The position numbers were made by a program, and so were the translations under genes. Below the pieces are notes generated by a model. The model was not told the DNA's origin, ran no database searches, and saw only the letters and a list, made by a program, of their open reading frames with translations. Source: Methanobacteriota archaeon (GTDB taxonomy: Archaea; Halobacteriota; Bog-38; Methanoflorentales; Methanoflorentaceae). From it: 64,000 nt of DNA. Shown here in pieces: positions 1 to 8,676 of the stretch. The stretch covers positions 155,851-219,850 of the forward strand of contig CAVRAO010000006.1 of the NCBI GenBank assembly GCA_963719035.1. The letters are read 5' to 3'. The stretch's first letter is position 1. Each line of letters starts with the position of its first letter.

Positions 1-203
1 TCGATTTGTCCGATTTGCACGATCGTATCGATGCCAAGCTCGTGAGCTACGAGCATGGCTGCAGTCTTATCATCACACAAACCAGACATGTCCTCCACTT
101 TTTGAGCGACTCTTTCAACGAACTCCTCCCTCGAAATCGTATTGGCTAAGCGTTCGTAAATATTCGCAACATCATCAGAAAGGGGGTCTAAGTTTCCTTG
201 CAC
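1..203 (-). CDS. rpa: Replication protein A / OB-fold ssDNA-binding protein, N-terminus (runs off the window edge)
   Basis: Manual translation from GTG at 203: MQGNLDPLSDDVANIYERLANTISREEFVERVAQKVEDMSGLCDDKTAAMLVAHELG..., resembling the N-terminus of euryarchaeal RPA. Confidence 0.7.
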   Translation of the reverse strand, partial: MQGNLDPLSDDVANIYERLANTISREEFVERVAQKVEDMSGLCDDKTAAMLVAHELGIDTIVQIGQI

Positions 204-432
204 CTTCAGTAGAATAACCCCTTATCTTAATAACTTTGTCAAAAAGGCACAGCGAGTGTGAAACCGTGCGAGTTCCAGCTAGGGTCCCATACCCTTTGAG
301 AGTTCAAAGGCTTCACTGCATCCACATTTGTCGCAAACGATTCTTTTCTTCGTCATGAAATATTTTTTATACTTCTGTCGCGTGTTATGACAGCGACCTA
401 CACACTGTTTTTGGTTGAGGGGCACGCCGAGG

Positions 433-1677
433 ATGGGACAAACAATTGCCGAGAAGATATTCTCAAATTCAGCTGGAAGAGTCGTAACGGCTGGGGAATT
501 TGTCGACGCTGCGATAGACGTCGCCATGATTCACGATATTACGGGACCTCTGGCCGTGAAGACGCTCTACGAAATAACAGATCGGGTGTGGGATCGTACC
601 AAAGTAATCATGCTTTTTGACCACCAGGTACCTGCTGACTCGATCGACGCCGCCGTTAACCACCTCGAACTTCGTAAGTTTGCGAAACGAGAGGGGATCC
701 TAAACTACGATGTGCAAGAAGGTGTATGCCATCAAGTCATGGTCGAAAAGGGGCACGTGCTTCCGGGAGAGCTCGTCATAGGCGCCGATTCACACACGTG
801 CACATACGGCGCTGTGGGGGCGTTTGCAACCGGCGTTGGATCGACAGATATGGGGGTCGCCCTCGCGTCCGGAAAGCTGTGGTTTAAAGTTCCGGATACC
901 ATCGCATTTGATATTGAAGGAAAACTCTCACGACGCGTTTATGCTAAGGATGTGATACTCACACTAATCGGCGACGTCGGCGTAAATGGCGCCACTTACA
1001 AGGCGTGTGAATTCGGTGGGGAAGCCGTTGTTCACATGGACATCCCCAACCGGATGACCCTCTGCAATATGGCCGTCGAAATGGGAGGAAAAACGGGGAT
1101 TGTAGCACCCGACAAAGCAACAGCCGCATTTCTAGAGGAGCGCTCCGTCGACGGAGACTTCACGCTGGACTCAGACGAAGATGCAACGAAAGTCTTGCGT
1201 CGCTACAACGCGAGCGAAATGGTCCCCGTGGTTGCAAAACCCCATCAGGTCGATAACGTGGTGCCAGTCACGGACGTTGAAGGCTATCACATAGACCAGG
1301 TATTCATCGGTTCGTGTACAAACGGCCGGTACGAAGATCTAAAAGCAGCAGCTGAGCTACTAGAGGGAGAGACCGTGGCGCGGGGGGTGCGACTGATTGT
1401 GATTCCCGCTTCGAGAACCGAGTTTCAGAGGGCATTAAAAACAGGCCTTATAGAGATCTTCACCGACAGCGGCGCTCTCGTTGAAGCCCCTTGTTGCGGT
1501 CCGTGTATGGGTGGGTCGTTTGGCATACTCGGTCCAGGTGAGGTTGGTCTCAGCACGTCAAACCGCAACTTCGTTGGCAGACAAGGAAGCCCGATGGCTG
1601 CCGTATATCTATGTTCCCCTGCGACCGCGGCGGCGTCTGCAGTCAATGGGGTAATAACTGATCCGAGAACGCATTAG
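433..1677 (+). CDS. leuC: 3-isopropylmalate/citramalate dehydratase large subunit
   Basis: MGQTIAEKI start; [42 protein letters not shown] and TSNRNF aconitase-family motifs. Confidence 0.92.
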   Translation: MGQTIAEKIFSNSAGRVVTAGEFVDAAIDVAMIHDITGPLAVKTLYEITDRVWDRTKVIMLFDHQVPADSIDAAVNHLELRKFAKREGILNYDVQEGVCHQVMVEKGHVLPGELVIGADSHTCTYGAVGAFATGVGSTDMGVALASGKLWFKVPDTIAFDIEGKLSRRVYAKDVILTLIGDVGVNGATYKACEFGGEAVVHMDIPNRMTLCNMAVEMGGKTGIVAPDKATAAFLEERSVDGDFTLDSDEDATKVLRRYNASEMVPVVAKPHQVDNVVPVTDVEGYHIDQVFIGSCTNGRYEDLKAAAELLEGETVARGVRLIVIPASRTEFQRALKTGLIEIFTDSGALVEAPCCGPCMGGSFGILGPGEVGLSTSNRNFVGRQGSPMAAVYLCSPATAAASAVNGVITDPRTH

Positions 1678-1686
1678 GGAGGGGAC

Positions 1687-2226
1687 ATGGCGAGATCAAA
1701 GGCTCATATCGAAGGCAGAGTGTGGAAGTTTGGAGATAACGTCGATACGGATGCAATTATCCCAGGCAAGTATCTCGTGCTCAACTCATCAAAAGATCTC
1801 GCAAAGCACGCTTTCGAAAACGTACGACCTAACTTTGCGAGTCAAGTCATCAAAGGTGATGTCGTCGTCGGCGGAGAAAATTTCGGTTGCGGCTCCTCAA
1901 GAGAGCACGCCCCGCTGGCTCTAAAGGATAACGTTGGCGTCGTGCTCGCACGTTCGTTTGCGCGAATTTTTTTTCGAAATGCCATTGATATCGGACTGCC
2001 GGTTGTTGAATGCGACACGACAGAAATTGAGGATGGGGATATCGTACACGTTGATCTAGAGAAGGGCAACATCTACAACAAGACAAAGAACAAGGAGATT
2101 CCAATAACCCCTTTTCCGCCGTTTATTAAGAACATCATAGATGCTGGAGGCCTCGTTCAGTACATAAAAAACAGTGCGCAGCTTGAAAGCCGAGAGCCTC
2201 GCGAACTCGAGACAGAGAAGTATTAA
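1687..2226 (+). CDS. leuD: 3-isopropylmalate dehydratase small subunit
   Basis: [34 protein letters not shown] and SFARIFFRN motifs; directly follows leuC. Confidence 0.92.
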   Translation: MARSKAHIEGRVWKFGDNVDTDAIIPGKYLVLNSSKDLAKHAFENVRPNFASQVIKGDVVVGGENFGCGSSREHAPLALKDNVGVVLARSFARIFFRNAIDIGLPVVECDTTEIEDGDIVHVDLEKGNIYNKTKNKEIPITPFPPFIKNIIDAGGLVQYIKNSAQLESREPRELETEKY

Positions 2227-2273
2227 TCGCGTTATGTCACATCGATTTGCTGAATACTGATGGTGAAGCGGAA

Positions 2274-3404
2274 ATGAAAACGTATAAAATCCCCGTAATC
2301 GCTGGCGACGGCGTCGGCCCTGAGGTCATTGCAGAAGGAAAAAAGGTTCTCGAAGCAGCTGGCGACAACTACGGATTCAACATTGAGTGGAAAGAGTACC
2401 CATATGGGGCAGAGCATTATCTCTCTACTGGAGAGCTTATCTCAGAAGACGCGCTCAAAGAACTGAGCGGCTACAACGCAATATACCTTGGCTCAGTCGG
2501 AGACGTGCGTGTCCCATCGGGAGTGCTCGAGCGCGGCGTGCTATTCGCGCTGAGATTTTATCTCGATCAATACATAAATCTGCGACCTATTCGGTTGCTG
2601 GAGGGTGTAGAGACGCCAGTTCGAGACAAAGGTCCTGAAGATATTAATTTCATTGTGGTGCGCGAAAACTCTGAAGACCTTTATGTTGGTGTTGGCGGGC
2701 GCACTAAGAGCGGCAAAGTACATCACGATGACGAAGTAATCCGCAACCTGTATAGCGTCAAGTTTGGTCTCGATATTGACTCTGACAGCGACGAAATTGC
2801 ATATCAAATCGGGCTTATCTCAGCTGAAGGGACAAAACGCGTGATGGAGTACGCTTTTGACTTGGCTACAAAAAGGAAGAAACACGTATCGAGCGTCGAC
2901 AAGATGAATGCTATGACGGACATTTACGGCTTCTGGCGTGAGATATTCACCAAAATCGCCGCAGGCTATCCAGATGTAAAAACGGAGTTCAACCTCGTCG
3001 ACGCTATGACTATGTGGATCGTTAAAAACCCGGAATGGTTTGACGTAGTTGTCGCGCCGAACTTATTCGGGGACATTATTACGGATCTCGGGGCTATGGT
3101 GCAAGGTGGGCTTGGGCTTGCCCCCGGGGGTAACATAAATCCAAAAGGAACTTCAATGTTTGAACCGATTCACGGTTCGGCTCCAAAATATAAAGGCTTA
3201 AACAAGATCAACCCGATTGCGACAATTTGGGCTGGAGCAATGCTCCTCGAGAGTCTCGGGGAAACTCAAGCTGCAAGCGGCGTTATGCACGCAATCGAGT
3301 GCAATCTGCGCGCCCGCAAAGTGAGAACGTTTGACTTAGGAGGGAGCTCGACCACATCAGAAGTCGGGATCGACATAACGAGATATGTCAGGCAGTCCCT
3401 ATAG
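2274..3404 (+). CDS. leuB: 3-isopropylmalate dehydrogenase (isocitrate/isopropylmalate dehydrogenase family)
   Basis: [31 protein letters not shown] and [10 protein letters not shown] motifs; in operon with leuCD; alternative start at 2247. Confidence 0.85.
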   Translation: MKTYKIPVIAGDGVGPEVIAEGKKVLEAAGDNYGFNIEWKEYPYGAEHYLSTGELISEDALKELSGYNAIYLGSVGDVRVPSGVLERGVLFALRFYLDQYINLRPIRLLEGVETPVRDKGPEDINFIVVRENSEDLYVGVGGRTKSGKVHHDDEVIRNLYSVKFGLDIDSDSDEIAYQIGLISAEGTKRVMEYAFDLATKRKKHVSSVDKMNAMTDIYGFWREIFTKIAAGYPDVKTEFNLVDAMTMWIVKNPEWFDVVVAPNLFGDIITDLGAMVQGGLGLAPGGNINPKGTSMFEPIHGSAPKYKGLNKINPIATIWAGAMLLESLGETQAASGVMHAIECNLRARKVRTFDLGGSSTTSEVGIDITRYVRQSL

Positions 3405-3417
3405 GTCAGCAAGGTTG

Positions 3418-3447
3418 AAAAACCGATTTATACCGCTATAAATATAG
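3418..3447 (+). promoter_or_regulatory. BRE/TATA promoter of tRNA-Arg
   Basis: A-rich run followed by TTTATA (3428-3433) about 25-30 nt upstream of the tRNA 5' end. Confidence 0.5.
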
Positions 3448-3457
3448 AGTTATGCGA

Positions 3458-3529
3458 GTCCTGGTGGGGTAGTGGATATCCTATGAGCCTGCGGAGCTCA
3501 AGACTCGGGTTCGAATCCCGGCCGGGACG
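3458..3529 (+). tRNA. tRNA-Arg (anticodon GCG)
   Basis: Acceptor stem GTCCTGG/CCGGGAC; anticodon arm TGAGC-CTGCGGA-GCTCA; T arm TCGGG-TTCGAAT-CCCGG; no intron. Confidence 0.95.
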
Positions 3530-3942
3530 CTCCATTCATACCTAAAACAACTCTACAAAGGGTTACGCGCGGGAACAACCGCTAAACTAGCATTAGAAGT
3601 TCACCTAGGAAAGCAAAGCTGTTACCTACTTTTTTGCGATTTTTTCCTAAAGCTTGCCGCAAGCGATAGGTTTGGCATTATTTGATAGCGGTGGTCCCGA
3701 CGACATCTCCAGCCCATATGTAAGAGAGGGTGGGCTTAAAAAACCTAAAACACTTCGTAAATCGTCTATAACCTCTTCTAGAATTGCCAGCATTTCCCAT
3801 TGTGACTGTGATCAAGTGCCAAATCTGCATCCTTAAGCTAAGCCCTGCTTGAAATCGTAAAGGTGCACAATGCGTGTGTGTCGAAAGATATTAGCTCTCG
3901 AAAAATCAAAAAAAGACGTTTAGAGGGATTGCAGACCCTACG

Positions 3943-4698
3943 CTAGTTTTTGTGTGCGTCGTTAATAGCCTTTCTTATCACGTCTGTTTCTTTTGAACGA
4001 AACACCTGACATTCGTGGTCTTCATAGGTGATACCTCTAACGATGACTATCGGGACACCGCCTGCCCCTTCTCCCATCATAAGGTTGGCGAGCCCCGCTA
4101 TCTCATCGCCCACGCCTTCGTTTGTTATTTCCAGTACTTTCCCTACGAGGTCCCTCATCCCGCGCCAGTCCTTCATCGGGGCTATTCCGGCAAATCCTAT
4201 CCCGACGCCAGTTTGTCCCTCTCTAAACGACCGGCCGCAAGTGTCGGTGATTATCACCGCTACGGTCTTACCGTAGCGCTCGAAGATTCGAGTACGTATC
4301 TGCTTTGCACTCTGAGAGGGATCGTCAGGAAGGAATAAAATAAACCCTTCTTCGACGTTAGATCGATCCAACCCCGCGTTAACGCACACCTGACCAAACT
4401 TGCTTTCAACAAGTAAGAACGGTTTTTCAATCAGGATCTCAGTAGATTGCCCAAGCACGGCTTCAATGAAGCGTGGATCCTCGTTAAGTCCCGCGGCGAT
4501 CCTGACGGCCTGCTCGCTTGGGGTTATGCTTTCCAAGCTACGGATCAATCCTTCAGCCTTTGAGACTATCGTAGAGGCAATGACCACGATATCTCCGTCA
4601 TAAAGGTCGAGATCCTGCAAAAAATCTGTTATGTCGTCTCCCTCTTTTACTAGAGGGATACGATTGACTGTAAATGCCTCAATTCTCAAGCGAATCAC
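3943..4698 (-). CDS. cofE: Coenzyme F420-0:L-glutamate ligase
   Basis: IPLVKEGDD, STIVSKAEG, CVNAGLDRSN, IITDTCGRSFREGQ and GEGAGGVP motifs. Confidence 0.93.
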   Translation of the reverse strand: MIRLRIEAFTVNRIPLVKEGDDITDFLQDLDLYDGDIVVIASTIVSKAEGLIRSLESITPSEQAVRIAAGLNEDPRFIEAVLGQSTEILIEKPFLLVESKFGQVCVNAGLDRSNVEEGFILFLPDDPSQSAKQIRTRIFERYGKTVAVIITDTCGRSFREGQTGVGIGFAGIAPMKDWRGMRDLVGKVLEITNEGVGDEIAGLANLMMGEGAGGVPIVIVRGITYEDHECQVFRSKETDVIRKAINDAHKN

Positions 4699-4764
4699 AA
4701 TAGCGTGCGCGAGTACCTTTGAGATTGAAGGAATATTTATCGTCTAAATAGTCCATATTTCGTA

Positions 4765-4831
4765 TGACGGCGATGATGAGAGTTACCCCCACTGAGCACA
4801 AGATGAGGAGCGAACCTGACTGATGCCGTCA
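4765..4831 (+). ncRNA. Box C/D methylation guide sRNA
   Basis: Terminal stem TGACGGC/GCCGTCA; C box ATGATGA (4773-4779); D' CTGA (4792-4795); C' AAGATGA (4800-4806); D CTGA (4820-4823); guides of 12 and 13 nt. Confidence 0.9.
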
Positions 4832-4853
4832 ATCTGCTTTCGCGAGAGGAAGG

Positions 4854-5268
4854 TTACTCAATAGAGATAAGCTTCTTGTCCGCGATGCCAATCTTCGGCA
4901 AGTGAACTTCGAGCACACCGTTAAAGAAGCTTGCGCGGGCGGCAGCATCGTCGATATTTGTAGGGAGTTTGATAGAGCGGTAATACTCGCGTGGCGCCCG
5001 TTCTCTTATGAGATGTTCGTCATTGTCGTATTGTTGAACTCCGTTCCGCTGTAATCTCTACCATGTCGCTGCTGCCTTCAAGCTTCACGTCGTCCTTGCT
5101 AACTCCTGGAAGATCTACGAGAACGACGATTTCCCCAGGGAGGTCTATGAGGTCAACTGGTGGCGTTGCGGTGATTGGCCCGGTATACTCGTCGCTGTCA
5201 ATATCCTCCAACAGCCCATCCATCTTGCTACGAATATTGCTCAGCGGGCTTATTTCCTTCCAAGACAT
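4854..5268 (-). pseudogene. hsp20: Hsp20/alpha-crystallin small heat-shock protein, one frameshift near 5035
   Basis: N-part PPVDLIDLPGEIVVLVDLPGVSKDDV continues in another frame as ...HLIRER...YYRSIKLP...ASFFNGVLEVHLPK...ISIE*; total length is 3n+1. Confidence 0.85.
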
Positions 5269-5666
5269 GTCAACTTCTCCGCTGTTCTTTTCTCGGTGCC
5301 GATATAAAACAATATGCTATTGTGATTGTCTGCCATTGACTGTGCGGATTTTTGATCCAAGCAAGAAAGCTCGAGTAATGGAGAGGCAACGAAAACAGGC
5401 CATCAATTCGTTATTTACAGGAAAGTGCGGGATAGCCTTTTTGCCCCGTCACACGCTTTACCAAAAAGACTTTATTGCTTCAACTGCTTTATCAAATGAC
5501 GTCCTCGCTCAAAAGACTTCTGAAGTTGTAGACTACCTACCGCTGATAACGTGAGTTGACGCTACAGCGAGCCTTTTGAGGCTAAACGAGGCCGATTCGT
5601 AGAAACAAAAAGATTATTACATAAGCAATTACGTATAAGATGTAAAGTCTAAATTGGAGGTGAAAA

Positions 5667-6326
5667 ATGGTCAACAAAAAGTCCTTTTCTGCTGTATTAG
5701 CAACCTTAGTAATTCTAAGTGTTATAGCTGGAACTAGTATCACTTCAGCGCAAACTACAGTCGTAACTACTCAGAAAACGATCGTGCAGACTGCACAAGA
5801 CACGCCCACATTGTCCGATCTGGTAAAATATGTTATCGCGGCGAACTTAACAGCTGCGCTCAACGACACTACCAAAAACTATACAGTTTTCGCGCCGACA
5901 AACGATGCCTTTGAGAAGCTTGGCAACACAACTCTTGCCGCTTTAGCAAATAATACAACACAGCTCGCAACGATCCTAAAGAGCCACGTCGTCGTGGGTT
6001 CAGTCAACCTCACGGTAAACGGAACTAAGGAAACGCTTGCAGGAAACACGATTGCTTGGAATACGACAGGCAACGTCACGAAAGTGCAACTGCCTGGCGG
6101 CACTAACGCGACAGTAACACAAAAGAACATCGCAACAAGTAACGGACAGGTAAACGTTATCGATACTGTGCTCGTACCAGGAGCCGGACCAACGACGAGA
6201 CAAGCGGTTGCATCAGCCGTTGCGTCAGCTGCTGGGGGATTCCTTGGCTTGCCTGGCTTTGAGGCGTTGTACGCGGTAGCCGGGCTATTAGCCGTTGCGT
6301 TCTTAGTACTACGACGTCGGAAATAA
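5667..6326 (+). CDS. Fasciclin (FAS1) domain surface protein with PGF-CTERM anchor
   Basis: Signal peptide; YTVFAPTNDAF and NGQVNVIDTVL FAS1 motifs; C-terminal LPGF + transmembrane helix + RRRK; many N-x-T sequons. Confidence 0.9.
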   Translation: MVNKKSFSAVLATLVILSVIAGTSITSAQTTVVTTQKTIVQTAQDTPTLSDLVKYVIAANLTAALNDTTKNYTVFAPTNDAFEKLGNTTLAALANNTTQLATILKSHVVVGSVNLTVNGTKETLAGNTIAWNTTGNVTKVQLPGGTNATVTQKNIATSNGQVNVIDTVLVPGAGPTTRQAVASAVASAAGGFLGLPGFEALYAVAGLLAVAFLVLRRRK

Positions 6327-6343
6327 CACTCTAAGTTCGCGAT

Positions 6344-6380
6344 GAGTCCGGCTTTGGCTGGGCTCCACCTTTATTTTTTT
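6344..6380 (+). terminator. Hairpin + T-tract terminator
   Basis: GAGTCCGGC-TTTG-GCTGGGCTC followed by a T-rich run. Confidence 0.7.
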
Positions 6381-6433
6381 ATAATCATCTTTTTAAACGC
6401 TCAACACGTGATAAGATACATTGAGGCGAATAA

Positions 6434-6733
6434 ATGCAAAAAAGAACGCTAGTTTTAGGTCTAATAGCACTATTGCTATGTACCCTCACTGCGGTACCAA
6501 CGCTTGCACAGGTGAACTCATCCTCAGTTACGTCGCAGCCTTTTCACCCGGTAACAAATCAAGCAGAGCTGAGCAACTTGACCAAGATGCTTAACAATAA
6601 GTCAACAGTGGCAAACCGTACGGCGACGGCGTCAGCTGCTGGGGGATTCCTTGGCTTGCCTGGCTTTGAGGCGTTGTACGCGGTAACCGGGCTGTTGGTT
6701 GTTGCGTACTTGGTGATACGACGTCGGAAGTAA
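6434..6733 (+). CDS. Small PGF-CTERM surface glycoprotein with no recognisable globular domain
   Basis: Signal peptide, short S/T/N-rich linker with sequons, LPGF-TM-RRRK tail, GAGG RBS upstream. Confidence 0.85.
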   Translation: MQKRTLVLGLIALLLCTLTAVPTLAQVNSSSVTSQPFHPVTNQAELSNLTKMLNNKSTVANRTATASAAGGFLGLPGFEALYAVTGLLVVAYLVIRRRK

Positions 6734-6751
6734 CGTTCTGAACCACGCATA

Positions 6752-6791
6752 GTGAGTCCAGTCTCAGCTGGGCTCGCGCCTTTTTCTTTTT
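6752..6791 (+). terminator. Hairpin + T-tract terminator
   Basis: GTGAGTCCAGT-CTCA-GCTGGGCTCGC then TTTTTCTTTTT. Confidence 0.7.
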
Positions 6792-6834
6792 AAATCGTAA
6801 AAGCTACAACATACTTCGGTCGCTGTGGGCGGAG

Positions 6835-6921
6835 TTCCTTGGCTTGTCAGGCTTTGAGGCGTTGTACGCGGTAGCCGGGCTGTTGGTTGTTGCGTTCTTG
6901 GTGATACGACGTCGGAAGTAA
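6835..6921 (+). pseudogene. Orphan PGF-CTERM coding segment (no start codon; PGF changed to SGF)
   Basis: Reads FLGLSGFEALYAVAGLLVVAFLVIRRRK*; no in-frame ATG/GTG/TTG back to the upstream stop. Confidence 0.8.
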
Positions 6922-6923
6922 CG

Positions 6924-6945
6924 AAAAGCAAAGTTTATACTATAA
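6924..6945 (+). promoter_or_regulatory. BRE/TATA promoter of the 6992 gene (paralogous element at ~7850-7870)
   Basis: AAAAGCAAAGTTTATACTATAA compared with AAAAGTAAAGTTTATAGCATA upstream of the 7915 gene. Confidence 0.65.
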
Positions 6946-6991
6946 GATACTTCATACGTCAATGAAGATAAGTTTATATTGGAGGTGAAAA

Positions 6992-7651
6992 ATGGTCAGT
7001 AAAAAGCTCTTTTCTGCTGTATTGGCAACCGCAGTAATTCTTTCAATAGTCGGAGGGTCAACTGTTGCTTTCGCACAAACACAGACAAGCACGGCAACGG
7101 CGAAACCTACACAGACAATTACACAAATTGCAGCGAACAACACGAACTTTTCCACACTAGTTAGCTTGCTTACGAAAGCTAACCTTACACAGACATTGAA
7201 CGGCACCGGCAACTTCACAGTATTCGCGCCGACAAATGAGGCTTTCGACAAAGTTCCCGCCTCAACGCTTGCTGCATTGGAGAACAACACGACCGCTCTT
7301 ACGAAAGTGCTGCTATACCACGTATTAGACAAGACGCTGTACGCGAGCGACATCAAAGGCAATGGAACGCTCACAACGATTAACGGATTACCGTTATCAT
7401 ACGCAGTCAACGGTACCAAAGTGACAGTTGACAACGCGACAGTAACCAAAACGGATATCAACGCGACTAACGGCGTGATTCACGTCATCGATAGCGTGAT
7501 GATACCGCCAGCGAACGCGACTGCTAAACCGAGTGCATCAGCCGCTGCGTCAGCTGCTGGAGGATTCCTTGGCTTGCCAGGCTTTGAGGCATTGTACGCG
7601 GTAGCCGGGCTACTAGCCGTAGCGTATTTGGTAATACGACGTCGGAAGTAA
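6992..7651 (+). CDS. Fasciclin domain surface protein with PGF-CTERM anchor
   Basis: FTVFAPTNEAF, LLYHV and [10 protein letters not shown] motifs; GGAGGTGA RBS; PGF-CTERM tail. Confidence 0.92.
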   Translation: MVSKKLFSAVLATAVILSIVGGSTVAFAQTQTSTATAKPTQTITQIAANNTNFSTLVSLLTKANLTQTLNGTGNFTVFAPTNEAFDKVPASTLAALENNTTALTKVLLYHVLDKTLYASDIKGNGTLTTINGLPLSYAVNGTKVTVDNATVTKTDINATNGVIHVIDSVMIPPANATAKPSASAAASAAGGFLGLPGFEALYAVAGLLAVAYLVIRRRK

Positions 7652-7671
7652 CACTCTGAACCACGCGTGGT

Positions 7672-7711
7672 GAGTCCAGTCTTTGCTGGGCTCCACTTTC
7701 TTTTTTCTTTT
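7672..7711 (+). terminator. Hairpin + T-tract terminator
   Basis: GAGTCCAGT-CTTT-GCTGGGCTC then T-run. Confidence 0.7.
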
Positions 7712-7745
7712 CATATTCACGGTAACTGCCACAATGTAATCAACC

Positions 7746-7848
7746 ATGACTACCGGAGGATTCCTTGGCTTGCCAGGCTTTGAGGCATTGTACGCGGTAG
7801 CCGGGCTGTTGGTTGTTGCGTTTTTTTGTGATACGACGTCAGAAGTAG
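7746..7848 (+). pseudogene. Orphan PGF-CTERM coding segment (frameshifted in a T run)
   Basis: MTTGGFLGLPGFEALYAVAGLLVVAFF, then one extra base shifts the frame before the RR tail. Confidence 0.8.
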
Positions 7849-7914
7849 GAAAAGTAAAGTTTATAGCATATGGAAATTCAAACCAACAAAAGCAAGAGAT
7901 ATTCGAGGTGAAAA

Positions 7915-8553
7915 ATGGTCAGCAAAAAGCTCTTTTCTGCTGTTTTGGCAACATTAGTGATTCTTTCTATTGTTGGAGGGTCAAGTGTCGCTTTCGCACA
8001 AACGCAGACAAGCACGGCGACGGCGAAACCTACGCAGACTCTAGCACAGGTTGCAGCCAATAACACGAATCTTACGAACTTTACGAGCCTGTTGAAGAAA
8101 GCAAACCTCACAAACGTGTTGAACGGTCCAGGCAACTTTACCGTCTTAGCACCAGACAACGCCGCTTTTTCCAAAGTTGACGCATCTACGTTTGCAAGTT
8201 GGCAAAACAACACTACAGCATTAAGAAATATGCTATGGTATCACGTCATCCCAAAGAAGCTGCTTTCAGCCGACTTCACGGGCAATGGAACGCTTACAAC
8301 GGTGAACGGACTATCTGTGCCATACTCTGTAGACGGCACTAAAATCAAAGTCGGTAACGCAACAATTACTAAAGCGGATATCAACGCGACTAACGGCGTG
8401 ATTCACGTTGTCGATAGTGTCAATATACCCCCAACGGCAACGGCGTCAGCAACGGCGGCCGGAGGATTCCTTGGCATGCCTGGCTTTGAGGCGTTGTACG
8501 CGGTAGCAGGACTTTTGGCTGTAGCGTACTTGGTGATACGACGTCGGAAGTAA
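7915..8553 (+). CDS. Fasciclin domain surface protein with PGF-CTERM anchor
   Basis: Paralog of the 6992 gene; FTVLAPDNAAF, WYHV and NGVIHVVDSV motifs; MPGF-TM-RRRK tail. Confidence 0.92.
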   Translation: MVSKKLFSAVLATLVILSIVGGSSVAFAQTQTSTATAKPTQTLAQVAANNTNLTNFTSLLKKANLTNVLNGPGNFTVLAPDNAAFSKVDASTFASWQNNTTALRNMLWYHVIPKKLLSADFTGNGTLTTVNGLSVPYSVDGTKIKVGNATITKADINATNGVIHVVDSVNIPPTATASATAAGGFLGMPGFEALYAVAGLLAVAYLVIRRRK

Positions 8554-8570
8554 CGCTTTAAACTAGTTGA

Positions 8571-8611
8571 GGTGAGCCTAGACTTAGCTGGGCTTACCCT
8601 TTTTTCTTTTT
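8571..8611 (+). terminator. Hairpin + T-tract terminator
   Basis: GGTGAGCCTAG...CTGGGCTTACC then T-run. Confidence 0.7.
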
Positions 8612-8676
8612 GTTCGCTCGGGTCGCGAAACCACTATCCGCTTCGAATGCTGTTTAGGCCGGCCAAGTCGGACTAG

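Larger units (their letters stand above)
6240..8553 (+). repeat. Six dispersed ~87-bp direct repeats encoding the PGF-CTERM anchor (6240-6326, 6647-6733, 6835-6921, 7565-7651, 7761-7848, 8467-8553)
   Basis: TTCCTTGGC...GAGGC(G/A)TTGTACGCGGTA...ACGACGTC(G/A)GAA(G/A)TA(A/G) aligned by eye; copies 3 and 5 lie outside genes. Confidence 0.95.

Noticed and set aside
433-3404. Cluster as coenzyme B homoaconitase genes (aksDEF)
   Set aside because: The FDHQVPADS large-subunit motif and the YLV (not YLRT) small-subunit loop fit the isopropylmalate isomerase type better; not fully excluded.
3530-3940. Integrated element after tRNA-Arg
   Set aside because: No duplicated tRNA 3' end and no integrase nearby.
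7746-8063. 105-aa ORF starting with PGF-CTERM
   Set aside because: Read-through of a frameshifted orphan repeat into the wrong frame of the 7915 gene.
6240-8553. PGF repeats as a CRISPR array or a DGR template/variable pair
   Set aside because: Repeats are ~87 bp, protein-coding and irregularly spaced. Differences are not adenine-specific, and no cas or reverse transcriptase gene is present in the window.
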